From Octopus sinensis (lineage: Eukaryota): DNA of 64,000 nt. Shown in pieces: positions 50,130-62,628 of the stretch. Below the pieces are notes generated by a model. It had not been told where the DNA came from. It saw only the letters and a list, made by a program, of their open reading frames with translations, and made no database searches. The stretch covers positions 3,410,001-3,474,000 of the forward strand of contig NC_043026.1 in the NCBI RefSeq assembly GCF_006345805.1, in the 5' to 3' direction. The number at the start of each line of letters is the position of its first letter. The stretch's first letter is position 1. Position numbers and translations under genes: made by a program.

Positions 50130-53100
50130 TTATTTGTCAAAATAAAAGAAAGCAAAAGATTGACGTCCAGGAATAATTCCAAAAACCATCAAAGAATTTT
50201 CTGAAACATCCAAACCAAGAACTTCAGAGACTTCATTATCATCCCCTCTGAGGAGTAAATATTTTGGATTATCTTCTAATTCCAGGATTTTATCATCTTC
50301 AGATGTTTCCTCTTCAATATGTCGAGGTATTTCGTAAATATTGTTATCTGAATCTGTTATATAAACACATTCACCAATTATGGTCAGACGAGGTCTTGGA
50401 ATATAATCTCCCAGAAAATAAAACTTTCCTTCTATTCTTATCCTCCTCACCAAAGACTTTTCCCTGAACAATTCCACAAAACACAAAACTTGCCAATCTC
50501 CAAATTCCTCCTCCACCTCCATCTCCCTCCTCAAAATAACAATATCACCAAAAGATGTGACTCCCACATCTTCCACCCCTTCATCTCCCTCAAACCTTCC
50601 AATTCTCCACATCTTCCCATGACACACTTCATCTTTACATTTCCCATCTTTGATATCAACCACATCCACATAATAAGGGTCAAAGATGTTGGCGCCTTTG
50701 CAAACATAGTAATCCTTGTTGTTCTCCCACATTCTTTCGTATTTCTTGTCTCTCTCTTCTTGAGTTATGTCTCTAATATAATGACCACCACACACGAGTT
50801 GATTGTCGTTGTATTTATAAATCCTTTTATAGTATTTCTCAGTTCTGATGGTTTTTAAACAACAGAGATCCCTGTTGAAGACCCTCATTTCTCTCCCAAA
50901 GGCAACAATGAAACATTCCTCTGTCCACCGACATATGTCCAGTGGTGGTCGTTGTTGTTGTTCATGTTGAAGTATGTCCACTGTTGTTGTTGTTGTTCTG
51001 ATTAATGTGACACTTTCTCGAAACATCAACACACTCACATTCTCATCTAACTTAATTACTTTACTGTTCCGGTCCCTAATGTCCCTATAATCATAATTAA
51101 CAGGTTCCTCGAATGCAGGAATGGAAAAAGGGACCATTGCTGTCCTATATGGAAGTCTCCTCACTGATATTTCATCAACTCCCGAATTATTAATCTCCGC
51201 TATGTAATTACCACATCTCACCTTTAATCTACCTTTACCAATTATTTCACCTGATTTACCTCTTCCTCCTCCATCTCCATCTCCTCCTCTGTATTCCAAT
51301 TTATTAATTAATTCATTACTGAATATTTCCTTGTTCGTTTCAGATGTAATGGAAGGGAAACGAAGACCAGAATCAAGTTTTAATAACGACACAGATTCCA
51401 GAATGTTCACTTGGTCCCCATCAATCTTTATGCAATGACATTCAATCAATTCATTATGTACACACCAGTAAATACTCGCCACTTTTCTCCATATTACACC
51501 ATAAGGGATGAGACTCGACCAAACTTGAGATGTCTGCAAATCTTCTCCATTCAGTTGAAATATTTCTTTCCTCTTAGGAACCGTGGCCATTATGTGTGAT
51601 TCTTGTGTAAAACACACACCACCAACTAAACTTGCAACATTTCTGTGACGTAGCAACTGGCCATCTTCATCGAATATTTTAACATTTCCATTATTGGCTT
51701 TTTCACACACAACTGTCTTTCCTTCCTCAGAGACATCAAAATCTTTTACTTGAACAGGACATTCGTCTGTTTGTAAACGAGCAACCGGGAAGCTGTCTTG
51801 ATTCACCATAAACAACCCTTCAACATACAATTCATTCCATCTCATTGCACTCCTGGGGCTTCCAACAAACCTTGGTCCTTTACAGTCTATACTGGAGAAA
51901 TCTACTTCATCTTTATAAATTCTTTTATTTAAAAATATTCTCTTGTATTCCCCATTCTGGGTCAAACACAAAATGTTTTGATATCCAAATGAACCTGAAT
52001 ATTTCTCCCACCGACCATAAATGTACAAAAAACTGTCATCAATTGTCATCCTGTCATCACCAGAATACCCCATGTAGTGTCTGACTGAATGTAAATATTG
52101 ACCACCACTGTTGAAGAAAATGATGAATCTTCTGTTGAAGACAATGATGACATCTTCATCAGTAACTTTAATATCCTGGATTTCATCAGAACAAACTCCA
52201 TCTTCGTTTCTCCTTATTAATGGTTCAGGTATGTCTATTTTTTTTATTTCCTTCACACTCGAATGTATTTCATCAATATCAACAAAATGCAAATGACCTC
52301 CATCTTCCCGTTCACTAAAAACCAGTTGATTGTTTGATAAAGAAGCCACACAATTATAATTATTTCTCGTTTTGTAAATTACCAATGACAATGGAAATTC
52401 CACTTTTAATGTCCAGAGTTGGGGTTTATTATAACGACGATCCCAACACGTAATGACCAGTGTGTTTGACTGCCATCGACACATTTTAATATCATAATAA
52501 ACATTCATTTTGATTGAATCCAAAACGTGACCATCCAATGTGAATATCTTAATGTTTCCATTCGTCCAGTCCCATCCTGCAATCAGATTATTTTCAGTAA
52601 GAACCAAAGATCTAATCCACGCTGGTCCTTTGTCTCTCAAATGTTTAGGGAGAGGAATATGTCTGGCTTTATCAGAAACTGTCAGGTCCTGTAGATGTAA
52701 AGTGGAAGACAACATTTCACTGAGAGAAATGTTTCTGGAAAATACATCCACCAGGTCGATATAATAATTAAGTTGATTATTAGTAACGAGATCATTAACC
52801 AACAAATTCTGATCGTTTATGGCAAACATACGGCTTCTGTCTATCAGATAAACAGACGTTTGGTCAATAGATCCACCTTGGAGACTGAGGGGACGTTTCA
52901 CTTTGGACATTAAAACACTGGGGACCATCTGACAACCGCCATGACCACCACCACCTATTCTAGTGTTGTACTGAAAAGCTTTTCCTCTAGTAACAATTAA
53001 TAGCTTTTCTATTTTTTTGTCTATTGATAATGATTTCACAAACACAGGGATATTAATTGTCTTAATTACTTCAACTTGATTATAATAATTGATGGCTAAA

Positions 53101-55520
53101 ATGTCTAAATGTGATGTTTTATCACAATAACAAACAATTTCACCTTCACCCATCTTACACACCCGTACATAAGGCTGCCTTAATGATACACTTCTCACTG
53201 TCTTTGATAGGTTTCCGATGACCCTTAATTGTTTCTGTAGGGGTAATGTGACCCCTATATGATTAGAATCCCATCGACATATATCTGTGGCTGTAGATGG
53301 CAGAGATAATCTGGACACAATGTCTCCTTCCTCAGAAATGTACAACAAGCAATCATGCTTGATGTCGGACACCACCAACTGTCCGTTGGACAGATTACAT
53401 ATTTCGCCAATGACAAGTTTTTGGTCATTCTCCTTTTCTTTGAGTCGTAGATTTAGATTTCTGATATAAGGATTTTTCGTGGGTAAACAACAGCCAGACG
53501 ACCGGTCTTGATACTTGTAAAGAAGAACCCTGTTGAGTTGAGTGTCCGGGACATAAAGAGTTCCTTGGAAAACAGCAATGTGAGGGTGAACAGGGAAAGG
53601 CAGTTCCCACTGCCATTTCATTTGTCCATATAGATCGTAACATCTGAGAATAGAGTGTCTTCTGAAGAGGACATAGAAATAAACATTATCAGAGTAGATG
53701 TGATGAGGGTAGCCATAGAATGGAAGGAATTTTTGAAAAAGTTCTTCACCACATGTGGAATAAAATACCATTTTATTTTCGTTTCCATCTACGACTACAA
53801 AATTAATTGGAGTTGCAGCAATGCTGACATTATGATGTCTGAGAGAAATTCTTTCTGCAATGTCAACTTTATCTTCGTTGATCCATAGGATATGGACCTC
53901 GCTTTTGTTTTCAGTGGTGGTCACAGCTAGACACTTATTTGATACAATATGACATATTTTCATGTAACCAGTTTGCACCTTTATTAAAGGGCCTTTTCTT
54001 AGTTCAGGACAGGTGATATACTGAAACCCTTTCATTTCAGGATAAAATACCAGGAATCTGTTTGCGTTTATTCTACAACAGAAAGAAGGAAACTCAAGGA
54101 AAACTGAATTATTTTGGTTAATTATTTCCCCATTATCAGTGAATAATTTAGCTTTCTTGTTTTTGTAAATTATTAATATAGAAGATGTAGACATAGGTAG
54201 AATATTAGTAACGTTGTAGCAATCCTCAATATGAATATAGTTGTTCAATGTTGGGGTCCATAGCTGGGGGTTATATGACTGCCTGGGCCAAAAGTCTTCA
54301 TTTGTTCCAATGATATGAAGGACATCAAAATAATCGGTTACAAAAATGTTTTCTTTGCCAACAGAAATATGGCGGCATTTCATGCCAATTTCTCTTGTTG
54401 TCACAGCACCTGTACCCGATATCCGATAAATAATATGTCCCTGAAGGACATAAAAATTGTTTTGGTACACAGAGATGTGGCTTGGAATGTCCAGGGAATT
54501 GGTATCCACCTGAAATAACTGCTGGCCATCCACATTGTAACAGGTAACCCTGTTAATATTGGAAAAGGATACTAAGAGTTTATTTTGTGCTCCAACAGCA
54601 ATATCTGTAGGTGTTTCTTTGGTTATGAATTTGTATTTTATCCTATTCTCTCCCCAGTCAATGACGTATATGGTCTGATCAAACATTTCTACACCTATAA
54701 ACGTAGAATGTTCCAAATAGGAAACCAAGATTAATCCTAGCTGAATTCTTTTGATTTCCAAACTTAAAGGGTTGATAATAAGAATCATCTTTCGAAAGGG
54801 GAGGGTGGCGAGGACTGTGTCTTCACTGATTCTAGTAAAATCAGTGACAGAAGATGAGCAACGAACATCGTTTCTGTTGCCGTCTCTTGTTACACAACAT
54901 ATTGTCATACAGTGGCGGGAATATGTTACAATACCCCCTTGTATGACAACGATATTGGATATTGGGTTGCTTAAGTCTTCACCAGATTCCTCAATCTCTA
55001 CTTCTCTGGTCACAACTGGCCGAAGAGGACGAAATTTTGTGATTACTTTTGGTGGTTCAATGGTCTTGTGGTTGTATGGGTTACAGGTGACATAAATGTC
55101 AAAGAGTCTTTGTTGAAACCAATCAAAGTTTTGGTGAACAAAATCATTATTTTGTTCTGCAATTTCCAGAAATCTTAGCATTTTACGTTTGATATTACGT
55201 AAAATTTGAGATCCATTTAAACCCAGAGAGTCCCTGCGCTTACATTCATCCTTTACATAATCTATAAACGTATTGATGTGGTCTGTTTTGATTAGTGTTC
55301 GGTAACATGTCACAATATGAAGAAAACTTGGTAACATGGACTTTTCCTGTTCTTTAGATTTCTTTGTGTCTTTTCTTTCCTGTTCTTCTGTTTTCTTTGT
55401 GTTTTGTGTATGTAATATTTGGGGAAGAATTGGTGTAGTTTCCTTATAAATTGCTGTTGTATCACAGACTGTGGCAGGAATGAGAGCCAATATTTTGTTT
55501 TCTTCATTAATCTTCTCCAT
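50130..55520 (-). CDS. 1796-aa uncharacterised protein: short N-terminal helical region + six tandem NHL-like beta-propeller domains
   Basis: Uninterrupted 5391-nt ORF in AT-rich DNA; in-frame stop just upstream of ATG 55520; a blade motif recurs six times at ~230-290-aa spacing; no signal peptide or TM segment apparent. Confidence 0.9.
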   Translation of the reverse strand: MEKINEENKILALIPATVCDTTAIYKETTPILPQILHTQNTKKTEEQERKDTKKSKEQEKSMLPSFLHIVTCYRTLIKTDHINTFIDYVKDECKRRDSLGLNGSQILRNIKRKMLRFLEIAEQNNDFVHQNFDWFQQRLFDIYVTCNPYNHKTIEPPKVITKFRPLRPVVTREVEIEESGEDLSNPISNIVVIQGGIVTYSRHCMTICCVTRDGNRNDVRCSSSVTDFTRISEDTVLATLPFRKMILIINPLSLEIKRIQLGLILVSYLEHSTFIGVEMFDQTIYVIDWGENRIKYKFITKETPTDIAVGAQNKLLVSFSNINRVTCYNVDGQQLFQVDTNSLDIPSHISVYQNNFYVLQGHIIYRISGTGAVTTREIGMKCRHISVGKENIFVTDYFDVLHIIGTNEDFWPRQSYNPQLWTPTLNNYIHIEDCYNVTNILPMSTSSILIIYKNKKAKLFTDNGEIINQNNSVFLEFPSFCCRINANRFLVFYPEMKGFQYITCPELRKGPLIKVQTGYMKICHIVSNKCLAVTTTENKSEVHILWINEDKVDIAERISLRHHNVSIAATPINFVVVDGNENKMVFYSTCGEELFQKFLPFYGYPHHIYSDNVYFYVLFRRHSILRCYDLYGQMKWQWELPFPVHPHIAVFQGTLYVPDTQLNRVLLYKYQDRSSGCCLPTKNPYIRNLNLRLKEKENDQKLVIGEICNLSNGQLVVSDIKHDCLLYISEEGDIVSRLSLPSTATDICRWDSNHIGVTLPLQKQLRVIGNLSKTVRSVSLRQPYVRVCKMGEGEIVCYCDKTSHLDILAINYYNQVEVIKTINIPVFVKSLSIDKKIEKLLIVTRGKAFQYNTRIGGGGHGGCQMVPSVLMSKVKRPLSLQGGSIDQTSVYLIDRSRMFAINDQNLLVNDLVTNNQLNYYIDLVDVFSRNISLSEMLSSTLHLQDLTVSDKARHIPLPKHLRDKGPAWIRSLVLTENNLIAGWDWTNGNIKIFTLDGHVLDSIKMNVYYDIKMCRWQSNTLVITCWDRRYNKPQLWTLKVEFPLSLVIYKTRNNYNCVASLSNNQLVFSEREDGGHLHFVDIDEIHSSVKEIKKIDIPEPLIRRNEDGVCSDEIQDIKVTDEDVIIVFNRRFIIFFNSGGQYLHSVRHYMGYSGDDRMTIDDSFLYIYGRWEKYSGSFGYQNILCLTQNGEYKRIFLNKRIYKDEVDFSSIDCKGPRFVGSPRSAMRWNELYVEGLFMVNQDSFPVARLQTDECPVQVKDFDVSEEGKTVVCEKANNGNVKIFDEDGQLLRHRNVASLVGGVCFTQESHIMATVPKRKEIFQLNGEDLQTSQVWSSLIPYGVIWRKVASIYWCVHNELIECHCIKIDGDQVNILESVSLLKLDSGLRFPSITSETNKEIFSNELINKLEYRGGDGDGGGRGKSGEIIGKGRLKVRCGNYIAEINNSGVDEISVRRLPYRTAMVPFSIPAFEEPVNYDYRDIRDRNSKVIKLDENVSVLMFRESVTLIRTTTTTVDILQHEQQQRPPLDICRWTEECFIVAFGREMRVFNRDLCCLKTIRTEKYYKRIYKYNDNQLVCGGHYIRDITQEERDKKYERMWENNKDYYVCKGANIFDPYYVDVVDIKDGKCKDEVCHGKMWRIGRFEGDEGVEDVGVTSFGDIVILRREMEVEEEFGDWQVLCFVELFREKSLVRRIRIEGKFYFLGDYIPRPRLTIIGECVYITDSDNNIYEIPRHIEEETSEDDKILELEDNPKYLLLRGDDNEVSEVLGLDVSENSLMVFGIIPGRQSFAFFYFDK

Positions 55521-55639
55521 TTTATGAATATAGAATTATTATCTTTTTCTGTTAAATATATTCTTTTTTGTGGATTTTGTTTTCTTCCTTTCGAATACAA
55601 TTTATCTCTTCAAAATTCACATTATTTTTTACAGCAAAG

Positions 55640-55660
55640 CTGAAATAAAATAAAAACTTT
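55640..55660 (-). promoter_or_regulatory. Candidate splice acceptor for the large coding exon (exon would start at 55639)
   Basis: Minus strand gtttttattttatttcag|ctttg, 119 nt upstream of the ATG. Confidence 0.5.
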
Positions 55661-58600
55661 ATTAGTTCTGTGAAAAGCTTTTGATAAAATAATATTTACT
55701 TGATTCATTCAAAGAATTTCAAGGAAAACACACATTTCATTAAATATATTAAACAAATTGTTTATTTGACAGTGAAGTTAAACATTTAAACTGTTTTCAA
55801 TGGAATAATCATTAGAAATAACCTTGAAGATATAAATACACCATTATCTTTATTGACTGAATATAAGTGATGGTGAAAAGTTTTGTAGTAAGAAGGAATA
55901 TAAATATTTTGTTGAGGTTATTTCTACAGATATTATCGGTAGAAATTATAGCCAGGACTGATTTCCTGCTATAACATTTCATATTGAAACGTCAGACGGA
56001 AAGAATGAGATCAAAGACAAAAGCATCTGTTGTTTATTTACATCTGATGTCTCGATACAAAACATTTTAGCAAAAAATCAGAGCCAACTATAATTTCTAT
56101 GGAATATCAATAGAATAATGTGAAAAACACTGCTAACAAAGTAGAATGTGGTGTTGACTTCTAAAACGATTTAATATATTTTACAGGAATTTATGGTTGC
56201 ATAATGAAATACCACGTCCCTACAAATCAGGAATATAAGTATTATTAATAATTATATACACTGGAAATGATGTGACAGTCATGGTTGGCTTGGTTTCCAT
56301 CATATTTACCTGGATTAACAGATACCAATAAAGCTGGAGATGAAACTGTTCTTAACCTGACAAATGCTGTAAATCTCTCGACATTTCAATATAATCCACA
56401 CAATTATCATACACAACATTGATTAACTCGGAAAGCTTATCCAAAGATGGGCTTTCATATAATCACACTGATAGACAGCATGTTGAGAGGATCGTTATTA
56501 TTTGTTGCTGATTGAGATCATAAAGATTGGTTAATGAATAAGCCCAATTAATGAAAGGTAGGTTCATCTTAATTATCTTTAATATAAGGGACAATGTTTG
56601 GGTAGCAATGAGAAAGATGTGTTTGTATGAAAAAGGGGTTTGGCAGGTGAAGTGTGTTTTGTTTTGTGTTAGGTGAGGAGTTATAACTTGGTGTAGTTTA
56701 TTATGAAGTATTGGGGGTTTAATGAGGTGGATTAGGAAATATTGGTGGGGTGTTTAATGACATTCTGGTGACGTATCATCATCAGAATGATCCTCCACCC
56801 CTCCTTGGTCTATGAAATAATGACTGTTACTCTATTGACCCCAGGAAGAATAAAAAATAAAAGAGACATTCTTCAGGATGTCAGCTCTTTGAAAATACAT
56901 GGACTAAACAACAACATATTTTTAGGAAAAGCTGGATAAGGCTATGTTGTTGTTATTGCTGTTGTTGTTGACAACAAAATTTATAAAGAGAAAAGCAGAT
57001 AATTGCAAATATTTGAACTGTAAAATTAAATTGGAATTAATGTTTATCTTTCACTTGTGCCATTCTACTTGGTTTATTTTGGGGAAGAAAAACCTACAAA
57101 ACCCCTCATAATAATTCGAATTTAATCTAATTGTAGATGTATTTATATACACATGCATACATATATATGAATGACTGTGTATAATATATACACAAGGATG
57201 CACATATGTATATTTATACATCCATACATCTGTATGTATGTATAATCATCATCATTTTACCCCCACTTTTCATGCTGGAATTGGTTGGATGGTTCAGAGA
57301 ATATCTTGCCTGAAGTTACATTTTCTGGTTTTCTTTCTACAGCTGGATGCTCTTCCTGACACCAACCACTGCACAATGTGCACTGGGTGCATCTTATGGC
57401 ACCATCGCTAGAGACAATCGCCATGTCCTTGACAAAACTAAAGGTTCCCCTCAATCTCTGGGTTTCACATATACCTTGGGATGGGTGTGAAATCTAGGGT
57501 AATAAATATATGAAAAGGAGTGGCTGAGTGTTGGGGAGAGACCTATGTAGGTCCAGTAACATTCCTAGTTTCATTGGAAGAATGGTGGAGAGAAGAGATT
57601 TACTGCCAATCTTTGTCACAGCAGTAAGATAGTAGAGTAAAAAGAAGAAGAGAAAGTGATTGAGAGATGAAAGGTAGAGGTAAGGGTGATAGGAGCGTGG
57701 CAGTAGGGACACAGGTGACAGTGACATGGGCGATATGAAGGATGTGTGATATTTGAAGTGAATGATAAGTTATGTGTATTAGAGGGGTGAGTGATAGGGG
57801 TGTGGTAAATATGAAAGGGTAACAAAAGGGATGCAGGTGTAGACTATATATATACAGGTGCAAATGGGAAAAATAGAACTTGACATGAAAGAATATGTGT
57901 ATTGTATTTTTTTTTATCATTGAGCAGAACAAAGAGAGTGACTCAAGATCTGAGAGTTTCATGTGTTGACACTCATCAATCTGGTTCTTTGGAGGTCTGG
58001 GAATATACCTCCCAAAAACCAGTTTTATAAATGCCAATAAATGAAACTTTTGGATCTTGGGTCACTTTGTTACTTCGGTGAAATAATATTAATATAAATA
58101 TATATATATATATACACATACACACTAACATATACATAGACACACATGTGTAATTATATGAATATACCTTCACATACCTATGTATAAATATTTGTGTCTA
58201 TGTATGCTTAGAGATATGAATCAATGAATGACAAAAGAACAAGAGTTACGTAGACACCTTCATTAGCTTCCAGCTGATTCTGCTACAGGAAGCAGTGAAC
58301 TCGAGCTGAGTGTGCGTGCGCGTAGGTGTCTGTGCATTTGTTTATGTTTGCAATCTGTTTTAAGTTGCTCCAAGCGGAAACATTGTCAACCAATCACACC
58401 CACCTTGGAAGACATGGGAAATAAGAACTTTTGTTCTTGCAAAATAGGAAGGCTGTCTGCCTGTAAAACAAGGCTACAATAATATATTCATCTAATCCAT
58501 GCTAGCATACAAAGTCAGATGTGCAATCAAACATAAGTAAACCCATGTTTATTCATTCATATACTCTTATGCATGCATAAACACACACACACACACGTGT

Positions 58601-59047
58601 ATGTGTGCTTCTGGTGTTAAGAAGATCATCCAGCCGTAGAAATCTTGCCAAATCTTTCATTGCAGCTCAGCAATGTCCTCTGGTTCACTGCTTCCTCGTC
58701 AACTGTCCTACCCATGCCAGTTAGGGAAAATGGATGTCAAAACCTTTATAATACATCAGGTGGTGTATTTTCTTTTTTGTATTTTAACCTCTAATCTTGT
58801 TTTGTTTCTTGCCAGGTTCTCGTGAGTCCCACTCAGTCAAGTCTGTGACTACACTCGATGAGGCTCACCAATCCTCACCTGGTTTCAAGCAAGAGAATAT
58901 TTCCCCAAGTTCTTCCAACATGAACAGCACAATGGTTGAATATGTTTTCTGGTGGAACACTGCAAACAAACGACTCTGTTTATGTGACGTGACATTTGTT
59001 TATAATTAGCAGCAGATGTCAAGACAAGGAGACATGAGCAGACATAT

Positions 59048-59089
<42 letters not shown>

Positions 59090-59315
59090 ATACAAGTACA
59101 AATGTAGATATGCATACATGAATATACACCCACATATATATACCATAGGCTTTATCAGTTCCAGGTACGAAACCCACTCACAAGGCTTGAGTCAACCTGG
59201 AACATTAGAAGATGTTAATTCTTTAATGTGCTGCAAAGTGGGACTGAACCTGAAACCACAAGATTGCAAAGTGAATTCCTTAACCTTACAGCCATGCCCC
59301 CATCTTTTTTTGGTG

Positions 59316-61760
59316 ATAATTTGAAGATAATAATAATAATAATAATCCTTTCTACTATAGGCACAAGGCCTGAAATTTTGGGTGTGGGGTCTAGTCGATT
59401 ACATCAACCCCAGCACCCAACTGTAGTGGGTGCTTTTACGTGCCATTGGCACGGGGCCAGTCAGGCAGTACTGGCAATGATCTTGCTCGAATCTTTTACA
59501 CATGCCACTGGTATAGGTGCCAGTAAGGCGATGGTGTAACGATCACACTCGAATGGTGTGTTTTATGTGCCATCGGCATGGAGGCCAGATAGCCGCTCTG
59601 GCAACGATCATGGTGCTCTTAACACCCTACTAGCACGGGGCTCGAGTGCCAGTAAGCTGATGCTGGTAACGATCACACTTGAATGGTGCCTTTTATGTGC
59701 CAATGGCAAAGAACCCGGTTAGCCGCTCTGTCAGCGACCACACTTGTATGGTGCTCTTTGCACCCCGCTAGCACAGTAATTTAATTAATTAATTAATTAA
59801 TCAATTAATTAACAATTTTACTAAGTAGATCGGTACGTTAAAATTACCTTTATAGGTAAAATTATCCATATAATTATAATTAGGCTCGATTGTGTACATA
59901 TTCAGTCATAGCACTTTGAAATTTTATAAAAATTGGAAATATTATACTGAAGAGAGAAGTAAGTAAAATTCAAATTACTTTAATCTTGAAACACGTATAT
60001 AATTAATTCTGGTCATGTTGATTCATTGTCTTTCTCTTTGCCTTCGTAAAAAAGTATGCTTACCGTCATGGAGATTCTTATAGTAGTAGAAAAAGAATTT
60101 TTAACTCCCATTTCTAATTTCGGGATGTGGTGAAGCAGTTAGCTGAACCCTAATTATCTCTCTATATATAAAGCTGAAGTTGTCTGTTATGGCAGGTTTG
60201 CTAGCCTTCAACTAACACTGTCTCCTCCAAGACCCTGCGGCACAAGTTGACCAAAATTGAAAGTATGATAGAAGAAGGTTTGCTCTTCCTTCCGTAGAAG
60301 AAAAAATTCAAATTGGACCATGTTAACACCAAAAATTATTTACATGAAAAAGGTGCTTTTTTTCTATGAAAATCCCTATTTTTTACGATATTCCTATTAT
60401 AATAAAACTGATTTTAAATTTTGGCATAAGGCCAACAATTTCAAGTAAGGGGTCCCCAGTACTCAGCTAGAACTTAATTTATCAATCCCAAACGGATGAA
60501 ACGCGAAGTCAACCTTGGTGGAATTTGAACTCAGAATAATTTGAAGATAATAATAATAATAATAATCCTTTCTACTATAGGCACAAGGCCTGAAATTTTG
60601 GGTGTGGGGTCTAGTCGATTACATCAACCCCAGCACCTAACTGTAGTGGGTGCTTTTACGTGCCACTGGCATGGGGACAGTCAGGCAGTACTGGCAATGA
60701 CCTCGCTCGAATCTTTTACACATGCCACTGGTATAGGTGCCAGTAAGGCAATGCTGTAACGATCACACTCGAATGGTGTGTTTTATGTGCCATCGGCATG
60801 GAGGCCAGATAGCTGCTCTGGCAACGATCATGGTGCTCTTAACACCCTACTAGCACGGGGCTCGAGTGCCAGTAAGCCGACGCTGGTAACGATCACACTT
60901 GAATGGTGCCTTTTATGTGCCAATGGCAAAGAACCCGGTTAGCCGCTCTGTCAGCGACCACACTCCTATGGTGCTCTTTGCACCCCGCTAGCACAGTAAT
61001 TTAATTAATTAATTAATTAATTAATCAATTAATTAACAATTTTACTAAGTCAATCGGTATGTTAAAATTACTTTTATAGGTAAAATTATCCATATAATTA
61101 TAATTAGGCTCGATTGTGTACATATTCAGTCATAGCACTTTGAAATTTTATAAAAATTGGAAATATTATACTGAAGAGAGAAGTAAGTAAAATTCAAATT
61201 ACTTTAATCTTGAAACACGTATATAATTAATTCTGGTCATGTTGATTCATTGTCTTTCTCTTTGCCTTCGTAAAAAAGTATGCTTACCGTCATGGAGATT
61301 CTTATAGTAGTAGAAAAGGAATTTTTAACTCCCATTTCTAATTTCGGGATGTGGTGAAGCAGTTAGCTGAACCCTAATTATCTCTCTATATATAAAGCTG
61401 AAGTTGTCTGTGTATGGCAGGTTTGCTAGCCTTCAACTAACACTATCTCCTCCAAGACCCTGCGGCACAAGTTGACCAAAATTGAAAGTATGATAGAAGA
61501 AGGTTTGCTCTTCCTTCCGTAGAAGAAAAAATTCAAATTGGACCATGTTAACACCAAAAATTATTTACATGAAAAAGGTGCTTTTTTTCTATGAAAATCC
61601 CTATTTTTTACGATATTCCTATTATAATAAAACTGATTTTAAATTTTGGCACAAGGCCAGCAATTTCAAGGAAGGGGGCCCCAGTACTCAGCTAGAACTT
61701 AATTTATCAATCCCAAAAGGATGAAAGGCGAAGTCAACCTTGGTGGAATTTGAACTCAGA
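59316..61760 (+). repeat. Tandem duplication, ~1220-bp unit (59316-60535; 60536-61760)
   Basis: Both units begin ataatttgaagataataat and end gaatttgaactcaga; few substitutions; each holds SINE pieces, an RTE-tail minisatellite and a Helitron-like 5' end (tctctctatatataaagc at ~60157 and ~61380). Confidence 0.92.
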
Positions 61761-61764
61761 ATGT

Positions 61765-62332
61765 AAAGACGGTCAAAATTCTGCTTTGCATCCACATAAT
61801 TCTGCCAGCTCGTCACAGTAATAATAATAATAATAATCCTTTCTTACTATAGGAAGAAGGTCTGAAATTTCGGGTGAGGGGACTAGTTGATTACATCAGA
61901 CTCAGCCCCTAACTGGTTCTTATTTTATCAATCAGAAAAAGGATGAGAGGCAAAGTTGACCTTGTGGAATTTGGTGGAATAAGTACCAGTTGCACAACTC
62001 CAGTGTGTAACTGGTACTTATTGAATTGACCCCAAAAGGAAGAAAGGCAAAGTCGACTTTGATGGAATTTGAACTCAGACTGTAGCAGCAAACGAGTCAT
62101 CATAATATTAATAATAATAAGAATGGCTTCAAATTTTAGCACAAGGCCAGCAGTTTCAGGGGAGCAGGTAAGTTGATTACAGCGACCCCAGAACTCGAAA
62201 GGTACTTATTTTATCGACCCTGAAAGAATGGAAGTTGACATCGGCAACATTTGAACTCAGAACGTAAAGACAACCAAAATGCTGCCAAGCATTTTGCCCA
62301 GCATGCTAACTGTTCTGCTAGCTCACCACCTA

Positions 62333-62335
<3 letters not shown>
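61765..62335 (-). mobile_element. Cluster of fragments of a third SINE family
   Basis: Repeated aataatcctttc..taggcacaaggcc..gattacatc..aaaggcaaagtcgac..gaatttgaactcaga segments. Confidence 0.65.
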
Positions 62336-62365
<30 letters not shown>

Positions 62366-62579
62366 AATAAACAATAACAAGAACCATACTTTTCCTATTT
62401 TATATCCTTCATATGTCCCCATTTACTTTCATCTCTCTCTCTCTCATTCACTGTCTCCTTTTAAATATCACCTTCAACATTTCATTTCCCTTCATTTACA
62501 TAAACATATATATATTATGTGTGTATATGTATATATCTGTATATATATTTATATATATATATATATATATGTGTGTGTG

Positions 62580-62628
<49 letters not shown>

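Noticed and set aside
58780-58950. Strong plus-strand splice acceptor at ~58811 with a short ORF
   Set aside because: No matching donor or recognisable peptide.
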